Assembly: GCA_050246035.1 (NCBI GenBank)
Contig: JBFWWT010000006.1
Coordinates: 6,802 to 70,801, forward strand
Reading direction: 5' to 3'
Source: Burkholderiales bacterium
GTDB lineage: Bacteria > Pseudomonadota > Gammaproteobacteria > Burkholderiales > SG8-39
Length of the DNA: 64,000 nt
The notes below the pieces were generated by a model that saw only the letters and a program-made list of their open reading frames with translations, had not been told where the DNA came from and ran no database searches. The stretch's first letter is position 1. Every line of letters starts with the position of its first letter. The position numbers and the translations under genes are program-made. Shown in pieces: positions 1 through 10,266 of the stretch.

Positions 1-1489
1 CTCGCTCTACCCCGTGTTCGCCGGCTACATGCCGGGGCCGATCTCCGGCCTGCCCCGCGACCTTGCGGCCACCGCCTCCTTCCACTTCGCCTCCAGCGAA
101 AGCGCGCTCGGCATCCCGACGCGCGCCTTCGGCGAGCTGGTGATCGGCTTCGTCATGTTCGGCGCGGTGCTGCAGTACACGGGCGCGGCGACCTTCTTCA
201 ACAACCTCGCCTTCGCGCTCTTCGGCTCGGTGCGCGGCGGGCCGGCGAAGGTGTCCATCTTCGCGAGCGGCCTGATGGGCTCGGTCTCCGGCAGCGTGGT
301 CTCGAACGTGCTCACCACGGGCGTGGTGACGATTCCCGCGATGAAGCGCATCGGCTTCCAGCCCGCCTACGCGGGCGGCGTGGAGGCCTGCGCCTCGACC
401 GGCGGCGTGCTGATGCCGCCGGTGATGGGCGCCACCGCGTTCGTCATGGCGGCCTTCCTCGGCGTGCCCTACGTGACCATCGCCATCGCCGCGCTCGTGC
501 CGTCGCTGCTCTTTTACTTCGCGCTCTTCGTGCAGATCGACGGCTATGCGGCGAAACGCGGCCTCAAAGGACTGCCGCGCGCCGAGCTGCCCTCGCTCAA
601 GGCGACCTTCGCCGAGGGCTGGCAATACCTGTTCGTCTTCGCGCTGCTCGTCTGGATGCTGCTCGTGCTGCAGCGCGAGTCGCTGGCGCCGTTCTACGCC
701 ACGGCGCTGCTGCTCGTCATCAACCAGTTCTCGCGGCGCTACCGGCTCGACTGGGCGCGGCTGCGCACGCTGCTCGCCGGCGTGAGCGGCGCGCTCTCGG
801 AGCTCGCGGCGCTGCTCGCGGGCGTGGGCCTCATCATCGGCGCGCTCTCGGTGACCGGGCTCGCGGGCACGCTCGCCAACGACCTCGTCTACCTCGCCGG
901 CAACAACATCTACGTGCTGCTGGTGATGGGGGCGATCACCAGCTTCATCTTCGGCATGGGCATGACCATCACCGCCTGCTACATCTTCCTCGCCATCGTG
1001 CTCGCGCCGCCCCTGGTCGCCGCGGGCTTCGATCCGGTGGCCGTGCACCTGTTCATGATGTACTGGGGCATGGTGTCCTTCATCACGCCGCCGGTGGCGC
1101 TCGCCGCCTTCGTCGCCTCGGGCATCGCCAAGGCGCCGCCCATGCAGGTCGGGATGAATTCCGTGCGCCTCGGCGCGGCGATGTACTTCGTGCCGTTCTT
1201 CTTCGTGCTCAATCCCGCGCTCATACTGCGCGGCTCGCCCGGGGAGATCCTGGTGGTGGTGGGCACCGCGGTCGCCGGTATCGCGCTCATCGCCAGCGCG
1301 CTGGAAGGCTACGCGGTTGGCATCGGGCGCTTCGGCTGGATCCCGCGGCTGTTCGTCTTCGCCGGCGGCCTCATGATGGCGCTGCCGGGCGGCGGCGAGC
1401 TGGAGCTGTCGCACCTGCAGCTCTCGCTCGGGGGAATCGCGCTCGCGGGGGCGGGGCTGGCGATCGCCTGGGCGGCGCGAAGCCGCTAG
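1..1489 (+). CDS. TRAP transporter fused/large permease (DctM-like, TAXI-type), 5' end outside the window
   Basis: Frame is open from nt 2. The product is about 490 aa, polytopic and hydrophobic, with DctM-like sequence and core-like high-GC codon usage. Confidence 0.75.
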   Translation, partial: SLYPVFAGYMPGPISGLPRDLAATASFHFASSESALGIPTRAFGELVIGFVMFGAVLQYTGAATFFNNLAFALFGSVRGGPAKVSIFASGLMGSVSGSVVSNVLTTGVVTIPAMKRIGFQPAYAGGVEACASTGGVLMPPVMGATAFVMAAFLGVPYVTIAIAALVPSLLFYFALFVQIDGYAAKRGLKGLPRAELPSLKATFAEGWQYLFVFALLVWMLLVLQRESLAPFYATALLLVINQFSRRYRLDWARLRTLLAGVSGALSELAALLAGVGLIIGALSVTGLAGTLANDLVYLAGNNIYVLLVMGAITSFIFGMGMTITACYIFLAIVLAPPLVAAGFDPVAVHLFMMYWGMVSFITPPVALAAFVASGIAKAPPMQVGMNSVRLGAAMYFVPFFFVLNPALILRGSPGEILVVVGTAVAGIALIASALEGYAVGIGRFGWIPRLFVFAGGLMMALPGGGELELSHLQLSLGGIALAGAGLAIAWAARSR

Positions 1490-1494
1490 GAAGT

Positions 1495-1513
1495 CTGGCG
1501 CGCCCGGCGGGAT
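1495..1513. repeat. attL-like direct repeat (partial copy of the tRNA-Arg 3' end)
   Basis: CTGGCGCGCCCGGCGGGAT is identical to 23136-23154. Confidence 0.7.
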
Positions 1514-1857
1514 GAATCTGGGCACTGGTGCGAGATTGTATCAGTCGAGTAGCCGATTGAAACGATAGGAAAAATCATCCACCCCGCGCGCGTCCGTGGC
1601 CGCCGTGCGCTGCGGGGCAGGCGCGCGAACGCTCGGTTTGCGACGGGTTTGGCCGGTCATGAGCGTTCCTCCGGGGATTCGAGCATTGCGCAATCGGCGT
1701 GATGACGCATCTTGCCCGCGCGGGAGCGGTCGGCGCACGCTCGAGCGCCTGCGGCCGCCAACGCGGGTGCCGCTCGTCGCGTTGACTGCGGGACCGCCAT
1801 GTCATCTGGCAAGGACCAGCATTCGTCCACGGCAATGGGCCCGGCGTTGGTCGGTGG

Positions 1858-3129
1858 ATGCAAGCCGATCGCCCGGCGATCTATCGTCCGCGCAGGCCGC
1901 GCGCAAGCCCGCTGTGGCAGTGCGTGCGCCGGCACCTGCCGGAGCTGCGCGCCTCAGGCCGCGTGCGGCGCGCCGTCGAGCGGAGCGTACTCGAGCGCTT
2001 CCTCGATTGCGGCGACCCGCACCAGGGCTTCGCGCGCATCCGCTGCGGGGGCTGTGGCCATGATTTCCTGCTCGCTTTTTCCTGCAAGACGCGTTACTTC
2101 TGCCCCAGCTGCCACCAGAAGCGCGTCCTCGCCTGGGGCGAATGGGTCGAGCAGTTCGTGCTGCGGCCTGTGGCGCACCGGCAGTACGTCTTCACCGTGC
2201 CGAAGCTGATCCGGCCGTTCTTCGCCTACCGGCGGTCACTGCTTGGCGAGTTCTGCCGCATCGTGGCGCGCTCGCTCACCGAGGCCTACCGTGTCGCCTA
2301 TCCGCGCGGGTGCCCGGGATTCATCCTGTTCGTGCAGACCTTCGGCGACCTGGTCAACTTCAACCCCCACGTCCATGCGCTCGTCGCGGACGGCGTCTTC
2401 GAACCTTCCGGACGGTTCCTGCCGCTGCCGCCGGTGCCCGAGGCGCTGCTCGCCGAGCGGCTGCGCCGAGATGTGCTCGGCCTCCTCGTTCGAAGGGAAG
2501 CGATTCCTCCGCCTCTCGCCGCGCAGATGCTCAACTGGCGCCACAGCGGCTTCAGCGTCCACAACCGCGTTTGCGTCGCAGCGGGCGACGCCGAGGGCCG
2601 AAAGAGCCTCGCGGGCTACATGCTTCGGGCGCCGTTCTCCCTGGAGAAGATGACCTACGACGCGGCAAGGGGCGCCGTGATCTACCGCAGCCGGCTGCAC
2701 GCGACCCTGAAGCGCAACTTCCAGGCAATGCCCGGCGTGCAGTGGCTGGAGCTGCTCTGCAAGCACATCCCGGACAGGAACGAGCACATGGTGCGCTACT
2801 ATGGGCGCTATTCCAGCCGCACGCGAGGCGCGGAGCGCGAGCCCCCCGAACTGGAGGCCTCCGACACTGAAGTTCAAAGCCCGGCGCGCCAGGCCGCCAA
2901 AGCTGCCTGGGCCAAGCTGATCCGCAAGGTCTACGAGGTCGACCCGCTCGAGTGCCCCAGGTGCGGCGCGCAGATGCGCGTGATCGCCCTCATCGAGGAC
3001 CCGGCCGTCATCGAGCGCATCCTCAGCTGGCTCGGCCTCTGGGAGCCGCGGCGGCCCGGCGGACCTTCACCGCCCGCCGACAGCCCGAGCCTTCCGCTCA
3101 CCTACCATCCCGTCCCCGACATCGCCTGA
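1858..3129 (+). CDS. IS91-family (rolling-circle, HUH) transposase
   Basis: N-terminal zinc-binding block (CGGCGHDFLLAFSCKTRYFCPSCHQKR), HUH-like NPHVHALVADGVF, and the catalytic Tyr pair region MVRYYGRYSSRTRG. Confidence 0.9.
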   Translation: MQADRPAIYRPRRPRASPLWQCVRRHLPELRASGRVRRAVERSVLERFLDCGDPHQGFARIRCGGCGHDFLLAFSCKTRYFCPSCHQKRVLAWGEWVEQFVLRPVAHRQYVFTVPKLIRPFFAYRRSLLGEFCRIVARSLTEAYRVAYPRGCPGFILFVQTFGDLVNFNPHVHALVADGVFEPSGRFLPLPPVPEALLAERLRRDVLGLLVRREAIPPPLAAQMLNWRHSGFSVHNRVCVAAGDAEGRKSLAGYMLRAPFSLEKMTYDAARGAVIYRSRLHATLKRNFQAMPGVQWLELLCKHIPDRNEHMVRYYGRYSSRTRGAEREPPELEASDTEVQSPARQAAKAAWAKLIRKVYEVDPLECPRCGAQMRVIALIEDPAVIERILSWLGLWEPRRPGGPSPPADSPSLPLTYHPVPDIA

Positions 3130-3197
3130 GCCCGCTCCAAGCGGCGCTCGCTGTCTACGCTTTCTCTGAACTTGCCGAAACGCGCCGAAGGGGCGCA

Positions 3198-3335
3198 GTA
3201 TTTGCCATAACGCCCCTTGTGCGCCCCCCGGAGCTGAGCGCAGGGGCCGAATGTGGCAGAAACCGCTACTCAGCGACCTGAATCCGGGCGCAATCGCCCG
3301 CATGGTGCGGAACGGACGAGAAGGAAATTCCTATC
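3198..3335 (+). repeat. IS91 right-end (oriIS-like) segment, copy A
   Basis: This 138-nt segment downstream of the tnpA stop recurs at 19547-19684. The first 22 nt are identical and the last 29 nt differ at one position. Confidence 0.6.
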
Positions 3336-3340
3336 TCTGA

Positions 3341-3553
3341 GCGCGCCCGGCGTTTTTCGGGCGCGACCGATGCAAGTCTCGGTAGCTGCCGCTGCGTAAC
3401 GTCGCGTGGCCGCCTGCCACCCGCAAGGCAAGTGCGCGGTACGTTTAGTTCACTTCACGATTGACGCACAGGGCGGCGCCCTCAGGCAGCGGACGTCGCG
3501 AATTGGTGCGCGCGTGCACCCATGATCCGGTGCCAGAGGGGAGGGATTAGTGC
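3341..3553 (-). pseudogene. Remnant homologous to the alkB 3' end plus its downstream flank (copy A')
   Basis: Blocks 3358-3373 and 3487-3553 align with 18494-18509 and 18530-18596. The second block is about three-quarters identical by hand alignment. Homology stops at 3553, where GC drops. Confidence 0.5.
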
Positions 3554-3999
3554 ACGATACAGTCGCAATTGGAAGCAGACACTTTGTGTGGCTTACCACG
3601 GTCAAGGCTTCTGTTGTCGAGGACATAGGGCAGTCCGCATGGGACGCAGCCGATGTCTCTGTACGAAGGAAGTTCAAGCATGAGGGGATGAGTCAAAGGC
3701 ACACGGTAATCATTGCTGCAATACTCGAGGAACTTTGAGCAAACGGTTTACGCTCAAAGCACCTTATAGCAGGGTGGGGCGCTCTTCTTGCATATGCGGC
3801 GCAGATGGCGTCGAATTAGGATCAGGCTCCACCGGCCGTCCAGTCTGAATCCGCCGTTGGGACTTTTGGAATACGGTTGTTGAGAGAGTATGTCTCGGAA
3901 TCTCGTCCCCACTGGTAGCATCCCTTGATGTAGATCAAGCACGGACGTGCAATAGCAAGCTAAAAGAACTCTAATGAACAATATTTGGGGGTGACGACA

Positions 4000-4362
4000 A
4001 TGGTTCATCTGCTAGCCGTGTCGACCGGCGCGATCCTTGCGGTCGCAATTTCTGTCGCAATAGTTTATTCAATCGCGCTCGCGTTGCGGCGCGCGTTGCG
4101 TCAGGACGTGGCTCCTTTGATGAGGCACGCTATCCAGTCCGTGGGTCTGGCGACGGAGAACCGCAACACGACGAATCTTGTCTACGATGTGGCCGTAGCG
4201 ACACGGCGCTGCATCCTCTGTTCAAGCGGAGCCGAATGCCAATCATGGAGCAAGACGGGATTCGGAGAAGCGGAGGCTCATTGGTGCCCGAATAGCACAT
4301 ACTTCGCGACTCTAACGGGAGCGCCGAGTGGAAACCGCCATTCCGGGGCAGTGAGCAACTAG
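4000..4362 (+). CDS. Small membrane-anchored Cys-motif protein (DUF6455-like C-terminus, from memory)
   Basis: One N-terminal TM helix, then RRCILCSSGAECQSW...HWCPNSTYFATL (C-x2-C-x5-C ... CPN pattern). Confidence 0.35.
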   Translation: MVHLLAVSTGAILAVAISVAIVYSIALALRRALRQDVAPLMRHAIQSVGLATENRNTTNLVYDVAVATRRCILCSSGAECQSWSKTGFGEAEAHWCPNSTYFATLTGAPSGNRHSGAVSN

Positions 4363-4803
4363 CCACCGTCGCTTCAATGATTAGGGCACGCAAGCGACCA
4401 ATACCGTTCGCCAACATAACGACCCGCGCGATTGATCTCGAGGAGCTTGTGGTAGTCCTTGGCAACCGTAGAACGGCCGAAACGCTGCCCACGGAGGCGA
4501 GGAGATCGTACTTCAATCTTCTCGAGGCAATGCCTCGCGAAAACGGAAATTCGCACTGCGTTCATCTGCGTACGCGTCGAACCCCACAGACCACCCTGCG
4601 GCAGGACAGATCCGACAACCGCCACGTGCGCCAGCCCTCGGGCGTCAAGATGTAGGTGGAGCCGGCTGGCCACGTCGTGTTCGTTCCCTCGGCATTGAAC
4701 TGCCTGCCCGGGATGTTAGGTGCAAGCCTGTTGTCAGAGCTTAACCTTATGCTGATGAACGGTCAGCGTCGCTTCGAGGGCGCCCGAAGCAAGGCTGAGC
4801 GGA

Positions 4804-5260
4804 TCAGCCGGGTAACGCGCTCCTTCCCCCAAGGTTCGGCTCGGTCTTCGTACATCTCCAACTTGTCTGGAATATCCGCGAAGAAAAAGTCTGTCCCGCC
4901 GCCATCCGCTTCGACCTACAAAACTGCTTGCGGCTTTTCGGCGAGGGGATGCACGGGGTTTGCCACGCCTCGGCCGTGGACCTTGTCGTTGCATGGGCGG
5001 GCGTCAAGCTGATCCGGAGCTGACTTCGGGCGCTCAATGTATTCAGCCCGGTGAGCTGGCCCAGAACCCGTGCATTAGCAGTACAACTGGACCTTCCGCG
5101 AGGGCGTTCTGAAGGCCTGCTTCTTCGACCATCTTGCGCAGATGCGCGAGTTCAGCCCGACCTGGCGCAAGACGCGAAGAACTGCCTTATGAAGTGCTGC
5201 TAAGCCTGCGCGAAGACCCCTGCACGCGCTTCGCGAATCCAACATAAACGCTGCTTGCAT
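4804..5260 (-). pseudogene. Possible decayed alpha/beta-hydrolase gene fragments
   Basis: The minus-strand frame reads ...LRKMVEEAGLQNALAEGPVVLLMHGFWASSPG and then hits a stop. Continuation requires frame changes and no intact ORF exists. Confidence 0.25.
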
Positions 5261-5541
5261 TCGTTTGACGAGGCAGCTCGCGCCTATCTCCTTACTCGTG
5301 GGGAGCTCACCCCATAGGCCTAGTGTCTATAAATCTACGTCATGGTTAGTACTCAATAAGTCAATTCCGTCCTGGCTGGTAGGGGCCGGATACTACGACG
5401 CTCGAAGGATCTGACAGTCGCGCTCGCTAGACAGTTTCATAGAGACGGCGTGGGTCAGGTCGGTTCACTCAGACAGTAAAGGACTCAGCAAGAACGAATG
5501 CGTATGCGACCCCAGTCACGTTCGAAAGCAGGAGGATATTA

Positions 5542-6894
5542 ATGGCCGAACAAGCAAAGGTGGGACTCGTTAGAACGCCATACAGCGCGTATTTTCAGCG
5601 TACTGTGCCTAAGTACAGCACAGAACTTGCGTGTACTGGGCCGGATACGGTAATGGGCGAGTACTTCCGCCGATTCTGGCAACCGGTGTGTCTATCGAGT
5701 CAGCTCAGGGAATTGCCCCTGGCGATCAAGATACTTGGAGAGGAGCTTGTCGCATTTCGCGACAAGAGTGGCCGCGTGGGTCTACTGAATCGTCATTGTA
5801 GCCACCGGGGCACATCGCTGGAGTTCGGTCAGGTCGAGAACCACGGAATCCGGTGCTGTTATCACGGTTGGCTCTTTGACATAGACGGATCCATCCTTGA
5901 AACGCCTGGCGAACCGCCGGAGAGCCGTCTCAAGAGGAGCTTCTGCCACGGGGCGTATCCGGCGATCGAATACCACGGAATCGTTCATGCATATATGGGA
6001 CCGCCCGAGGGCAAACCCGAGTTTCCCAAACGCGACCTGTTCGAAATACCCGGCTTAACGTTCATTCCGTCCTCGATCGCATATAACAATAACTGGCTCC
6101 AAAGCTATGAGAACAACCTAGATCCAATTCATTCCGCGTTTCTTCACACGCGGATAACTCAGCATTTCGGTGCCCCGTTTGCAGTGTTGCCCAAGCTTTC
6201 ATGGCACGTAACGAGTTCTGGAGATGGCGTCTTCTATATAGCTCTGCGCCGTCTAAGTGATGAATTGATTTGGGTTCGGATGTTGCATTGCATTCTGCCC
6301 AACGAAGCCTACGTGCCATCCGTGTTTGACTTGGGAAATGATCCGCTCTATTTCCAACAAGCGTTTCATGCCAGACGGGTTGTTCCTAACGACGATGAAC
6401 ATTGCACGTACTTTAGCTGGCGTATTTCGGGAAAAGGTTTTGAGGGAGGCGAACCAGAGAAGAACGGCCTGAATCTCATTGATATCGGAGCTCAAGTCGA
6501 GCAACCGACCTATGAGCTCAAGCAGAAGCAGCCTGGAGACTTCGAGGCGCAAGGGGGCCAACGGCCGGTCGCTGTGCATGCCTTGGAGCATCTCGGTACA
6601 ACCGACGGCGGGGTCGCTCTAATACGACGAGCTCTCCGCAACGTCATGAACGGCGAGCGGCGCAGCACGGAAACTGCTGACCACAGTGAGAAGAGCTCAC
6701 TAAAGAATGTCTATTCTGGTGACTCGTTGTTGCGTATCTCGCGCCGGCCTGACCCCGCACAAGACCAAGAAGTGCTTGACATAGTGGGGCGCGAGGTAGC
6801 TCAGGCAGTAATTGCGGGGGATAGATTCGACGGCGAAGAGCGAAGGCAATTTATTATCGGCAAGATAAGAGCAGTCGAGGCTCAATATCAATAA
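5542..6894 (+). CDS. Rieske non-heme iron oxygenase, class IA (phthalate-family) catalytic subunit
   Basis: Rieske motif CSHRGTSL...CCYHGW, mononuclear iron motif NNWLQSYENNLDPIHSAFLH, and a strong SD (AGGAGG) before the ATG. No beta subunit or ferredoxin is nearby. Confidence 0.9.
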   Translation: MAEQAKVGLVRTPYSAYFQRTVPKYSTELACTGPDTVMGEYFRRFWQPVCLSSQLRELPLAIKILGEELVAFRDKSGRVGLLNRHCSHRGTSLEFGQVENHGIRCCYHGWLFDIDGSILETPGEPPESRLKRSFCHGAYPAIEYHGIVHAYMGPPEGKPEFPKRDLFEIPGLTFIPSSIAYNNNWLQSYENNLDPIHSAFLHTRITQHFGAPFAVLPKLSWHVTSSGDGVFYIALRRLSDELIWVRMLHCILPNEAYVPSVFDLGNDPLYFQQAFHARRVVPNDDEHCTYFSWRISGKGFEGGEPEKNGLNLIDIGAQVEQPTYELKQKQPGDFEAQGGQRPVAVHALEHLGTTDGGVALIRRALRNVMNGERRSTETADHSEKSSLKNVYSGDSLLRISRRPDPAQDQEVLDIVGREVAQAVIAGDRFDGEERRQFIIGKIRAVEAQYQ

Positions 6895-6925
6895 TCGTAG
6901 GCGATTAACAAGGGACGATCGCGAT

Positions 6926-7900
6926 ATGTCTGCCTATACGCGGATTCTTACAATACTTGTCGGTACGGCAATGGCGGGATATGCAACTCTTAGCCATGCA
7001 GAGGGCACCACTTTGCGCGTGGTGAGTGCGTTTGCCGAAAATTCTCTGTTCTTTAAGAATTTCGAACAGTTCATGGCGAAGGTGAACGCTGAGGGCGCAG
7101 GTACGCTGCACCTTAAGTACATTGGAGGGCCAAGCGCGCTGCCTCCGTTTGAAGTTGGCAACGCGGTTCGAACTGGCGTTATCGACATGGCAATGTCGTC
7201 AGCGGCTTTTTACACCAGCCTCGTACCCGAGGCCGACGCGATTAAATTGGCGCAAGTAACTGCCGTAAAGCAACGCGAGAATGGTGCCTACGATCTCATC
7301 AACAAGATCTGGAAAGAAAGGGCCAACATGGTGTATCTCGGTCGCTTTATGGACTACACGCCCTTTCATATTTACCTTGTCAAACCTATCCGAACTCTCG
7401 CGGACCTGCGCGGCATGAAGCTCCGCAGCACTCCGATCTACCGCGATTTCTTCAAGGCGCTTGGAGCATCACTCGTGACTACTGCGCCAGGGGAGATCTA
7501 TACCGCTCTTGATCGTGGGGCGATAGACGGTTACGGCTGGACGATATACGGGATCTTTGACCTTAATTTGGCCAAGAAGACGAGGTATCGAATTGACCCT
7601 GGTTTCTACAGCGGGGATATCACAGTAATTATGAATCTCGACAAATGGAATCAGTTAAGCCGCGCACAGCGCGATCTGCTGACACGCCTTGCAGCCGCCC
7701 ATGAGTCGCAGAATGTCACGTGGGAGAAGATCAACGACGAAGAGAGGCGTAAGCAGAAGGAAATTGGAATTCAGTCAATAGAACTCAGCTCCGACGTCGC
7801 AACTCAATACCTAGACAAGGCATATGAGGTCGGTTGGGAGCACGTTATCAAGGTTAGCCCCAAGTATGGTTCCCAGCTTAGAAGGCTCCTCAGTCGATAA
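6926..7900 (+). CDS. TRAP transporter substrate-binding protein (DctP family)
   Basis: Signal peptide ending ATLSHA-EG, about 300-aa mature DctP-like sequence, followed by DctQ and DctM genes. Confidence 0.85.
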   Translation: MSAYTRILTILVGTAMAGYATLSHAEGTTLRVVSAFAENSLFFKNFEQFMAKVNAEGAGTLHLKYIGGPSALPPFEVGNAVRTGVIDMAMSSAAFYTSLVPEADAIKLAQVTAVKQRENGAYDLINKIWKERANMVYLGRFMDYTPFHIYLVKPIRTLADLRGMKLRSTPIYRDFFKALGASLVTTAPGEIYTALDRGAIDGYGWTIYGIFDLNLAKKTRYRIDPGFYSGDITVIMNLDKWNQLSRAQRDLLTRLAAAHESQNVTWEKINDEERRKQKEIGIQSIELSSDVATQYLDKAYEVGWEHVIKVSPKYGSQLRRLLSR

Positions 7901-8133
7901 CTTGGACGCCTCGGAATTTATTGAATGGATGAGAGTTCAAGGCACTACCACGATTTCGGGAGGTTGGTCTCGGAATTCGAGAGCGTTCGCTCGCCAACGT
8001 GACTTCCACTGCCTGGCCGTCGCAGCGGTGATCTCCGGTGTCGAGATCGACCTATTTCGGCGCCGCGCGTGAGCACCCGCCAATCTGTAGTCGCTGCCGC
8101 TTGTCGTTGAACACGCTACCGGACATCGCCTGA

Positions 8134-8607
8134 ATGACAGGAATAATCTATAGGAAATTCGTTCTGGCTCTCGGCTGGCTGGCGGCATTTCTCCTCGGAA
8201 TTGTCGCTCTCCTTGTGACAGCTGAGGTTGTTGCGCGCAATACCGGTATTGGAGACATTCCGTGGGTAGTTGAAGTATCGGAGTACAGTCTGTCGCTCGC
8301 GACCTTTCTGGTCGCTCCGCTGCTTCTGCACAAGAACGAGCATGTGCGGATAGACGTCTTCGTCCCGATGCTTCCGCGCACTGTAGCTCGCAACATTGAG
8401 CGACTGACAGATCTAATAGGCTTTCTGATAAGCGCCGTATTCTCGCTATATGGTCTCAAGCTGGTGTTTGATTCCATGAATGTTCATGCAATGGTGGTGA
8501 AGAATCTCGCGATACCGGAATGGTGGCAGTACGTGCCTGTCGTACTATGTTTCTTCCTACTAGGAATCGAATTCGCCCGTCGCGTTGTTGTAAAGCGTCC
8601 CGCCTAA
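8134..8607 (+). CDS. TRAP transporter small permease (DctQ family)
   Basis: 157 aa with 4 predicted TM segments, positioned between the DctP and DctM genes. Confidence 0.8.
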   Translation: MTGIIYRKFVLALGWLAAFLLGIVALLVTAEVVARNTGIGDIPWVVEVSEYSLSLATFLVAPLLLHKNEHVRIDVFVPMLPRTVARNIERLTDLIGFLISAVFSLYGLKLVFDSMNVHAMVVKNLAIPEWWQYVPVVLCFFLLGIEFARRVVVKRPA

Positions 8608-8636
8608 AACATGCTAAAACATGCTAAGGCGATAGG

Positions 8637-9956
8637 ATGACCTGGTGGTTAGCCGCAATCGGTCTATTCGGCGGGCTCTTGCTCCTCCTTGTGTGCGGTC
8701 TGCCGGCTGCGATCGGATTCTTCGGCATAAATCTCGTCGGCGCATGGGTCTACCTTGGCCACGGCGCGGGCATTATGCAACTCATGCGGGACGGCGTGAG
8801 TTCCATTACGAACTTCTCACTTACACCCATTCCGTTTTTTATTCTTATGGGCGAGGTGTTGTACCACACGGGCATCGGACATCGAGCGATTGACGCACTA
8901 GACCAGTTCATTTGGCGAGTACCTGGAAGGTTGTCAATTGTTGCGGTGGTCGCGGGAACGCTGTTTTCCACAATTTCCGGGTCTACGATCGCCGCGACCG
9001 CGCTACTCGGCAGCGCACTTCTGCCACAAATGCTGCGCCGTGGCTATCATCCCAGCATGGCGCTGGGCCCGATTCTGGCGGTCGGAAGCCTGGACATGCT
9101 CATTCCTCCATCGGCACTGGCCGTGCTGCTTGGCAGCTTGTCCAAGATACCAGTTGCGGATTTGTTGATCGCCGGAATCCTGCCGGGAGCATTGCTTTCA
9201 GTCACGTTCATCGCCTACATCATACTAAGGGTGTTGCATAACAGAGCCCTAGCGCCATCGTTTGGGCATGAGACACCACTGTCTCGATGGAAGCGCTGGA
9301 GAGCGCTGCTCCAGCATGTGGCGCCTCTTGTGTTGATCTTTGCGTTGGTTGTTGCGGCGATGGTAGCTGGATGGGCGACACCTACGGAAGCGGCGGCAAT
9401 CGGTGCCGTATCAACTGTGTTAGCTGCATGGATGTACGGTGCACTTAGGTGGTCGGCGCTGGCGGAGGCGCTGTTGGGTACCGCAAAGATCTCCGGCGTT
9501 ATGCTGTTCATTGTCGTTGGATCAACAACGTTCGCCCAAGTGCTGACTTTTTCTGGAGCCACTCAAGGCGTACTAGAGGTGGTCCAAAATGCCCAGCTTT
9601 CGACGCCTCTCCTTATTGCAGCAATGATTCTCACCTTATTGGTGCTTGGCTGTTTCTTAGATCAAGTGAGCATGATGCTCATGTGCCTTCCATTCTTTAT
9701 GCCGTTAGTAACCAATCTGGGCGTCGACCAAGTATGGTTCGGCATTCTCTTCCTGATCGGCATGCAACTAGGACTCCTGACTCCTCCCTTTGGGATCCTG
9801 TTGTTTGTGCTAAAGAGCGTTGCGCCAAAGGAGATTACTATGCGTCAGATATATCAGGCGGTTACTCCGTACATCATCCTTTGCCTGCTAGTACTTGTGT
9901 TTGTCTTCTTTTTTCCGCCAATCGCCACTTGGCTGCCCAGAGTCCTTTTGGGATAG
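8637..9956 (+). CDS. TRAP transporter large permease (DctM family)
   Basis: 439-aa polytopic protein with DctM-like sequence throughout. Confidence 0.9.
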   Translation: MTWWLAAIGLFGGLLLLLVCGLPAAIGFFGINLVGAWVYLGHGAGIMQLMRDGVSSITNFSLTPIPFFILMGEVLYHTGIGHRAIDALDQFIWRVPGRLSIVAVVAGTLFSTISGSTIAATALLGSALLPQMLRRGYHPSMALGPILAVGSLDMLIPPSALAVLLGSLSKIPVADLLIAGILPGALLSVTFIAYIILRVLHNRALAPSFGHETPLSRWKRWRALLQHVAPLVLIFALVVAAMVAGWATPTEAAAIGAVSTVLAAWMYGALRWSALAEALLGTAKISGVMLFIVVGSTTFAQVLTFSGATQGVLEVVQNAQLSTPLLIAAMILTLLVLGCFLDQVSMMLMCLPFFMPLVTNLGVDQVWFGILFLIGMQLGLLTPPFGILLFVLKSVAPKEITMRQIYQAVTPYIILCLLVLVFVFFFPPIATWLPRVLLG

Positions 9957-10266
9957 CTGTCCGCCGTGGCTCTTAGCGCACCAGATCGCATGATAGGCGC
10001 CCGGGGATGAAAGCGATGTGCGCGGACTCGGTGGAGGCCCAGGCATTAGACGCTGGGCCCCTCCGATTCGGAAGGCTCAAGAAAGGTCCTAGGATCGGGG
10101 TGGCAGCGGGAGGTGGCCCTGTGAATCCATGAACACTTCTACGTTAACAAGAAATGATCGCGTCGACTCGCAGTTCATTGCGTCCTCAACCGCTAGCAAG
10201 TGCCTGAGTGTGAACCGAGCACATCCTTTGTATATCACCCGAAATCCTTAAGAGGGAGAAGCGGGA

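Larger units (their letters stand above)
1564..3335 (+). mobile_element. IS91-family insertion sequence
   Basis: Terminal 8-bp inverted repeat: GATAGGAA at 1564-1571 and TTCCTATC at 3328-3335. A single HUH/Y2 transposase ORF lies inside. The size of about 1.77 kb fits the family. Confidence 0.65.

Noticed and set aside
1541-1660. 39-aa minus-strand ORF (MTGQTRRKPS...) with a good GGAGGA Shine-Dalgarno, straddling the IS91 left end
   Set aside because: It shows no recognisable family and has a basic, low-complexity sequence. It crosses the IS boundary at 1564, so it cannot be a conserved gene of either partner. It is kept only as a note.
3341-3553. Idea that repeats A'/B' are IS91 left (ter) ends, which would make the cargo a tnpA-less IS91 unit with both ends
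   Set aside because: Neither copy begins with or contains the GATAGGAA terminal motif seen at the real left end (1564). The right copy is clearly the alkB 3' coding end, so a ter-end interpretation is unsupported.
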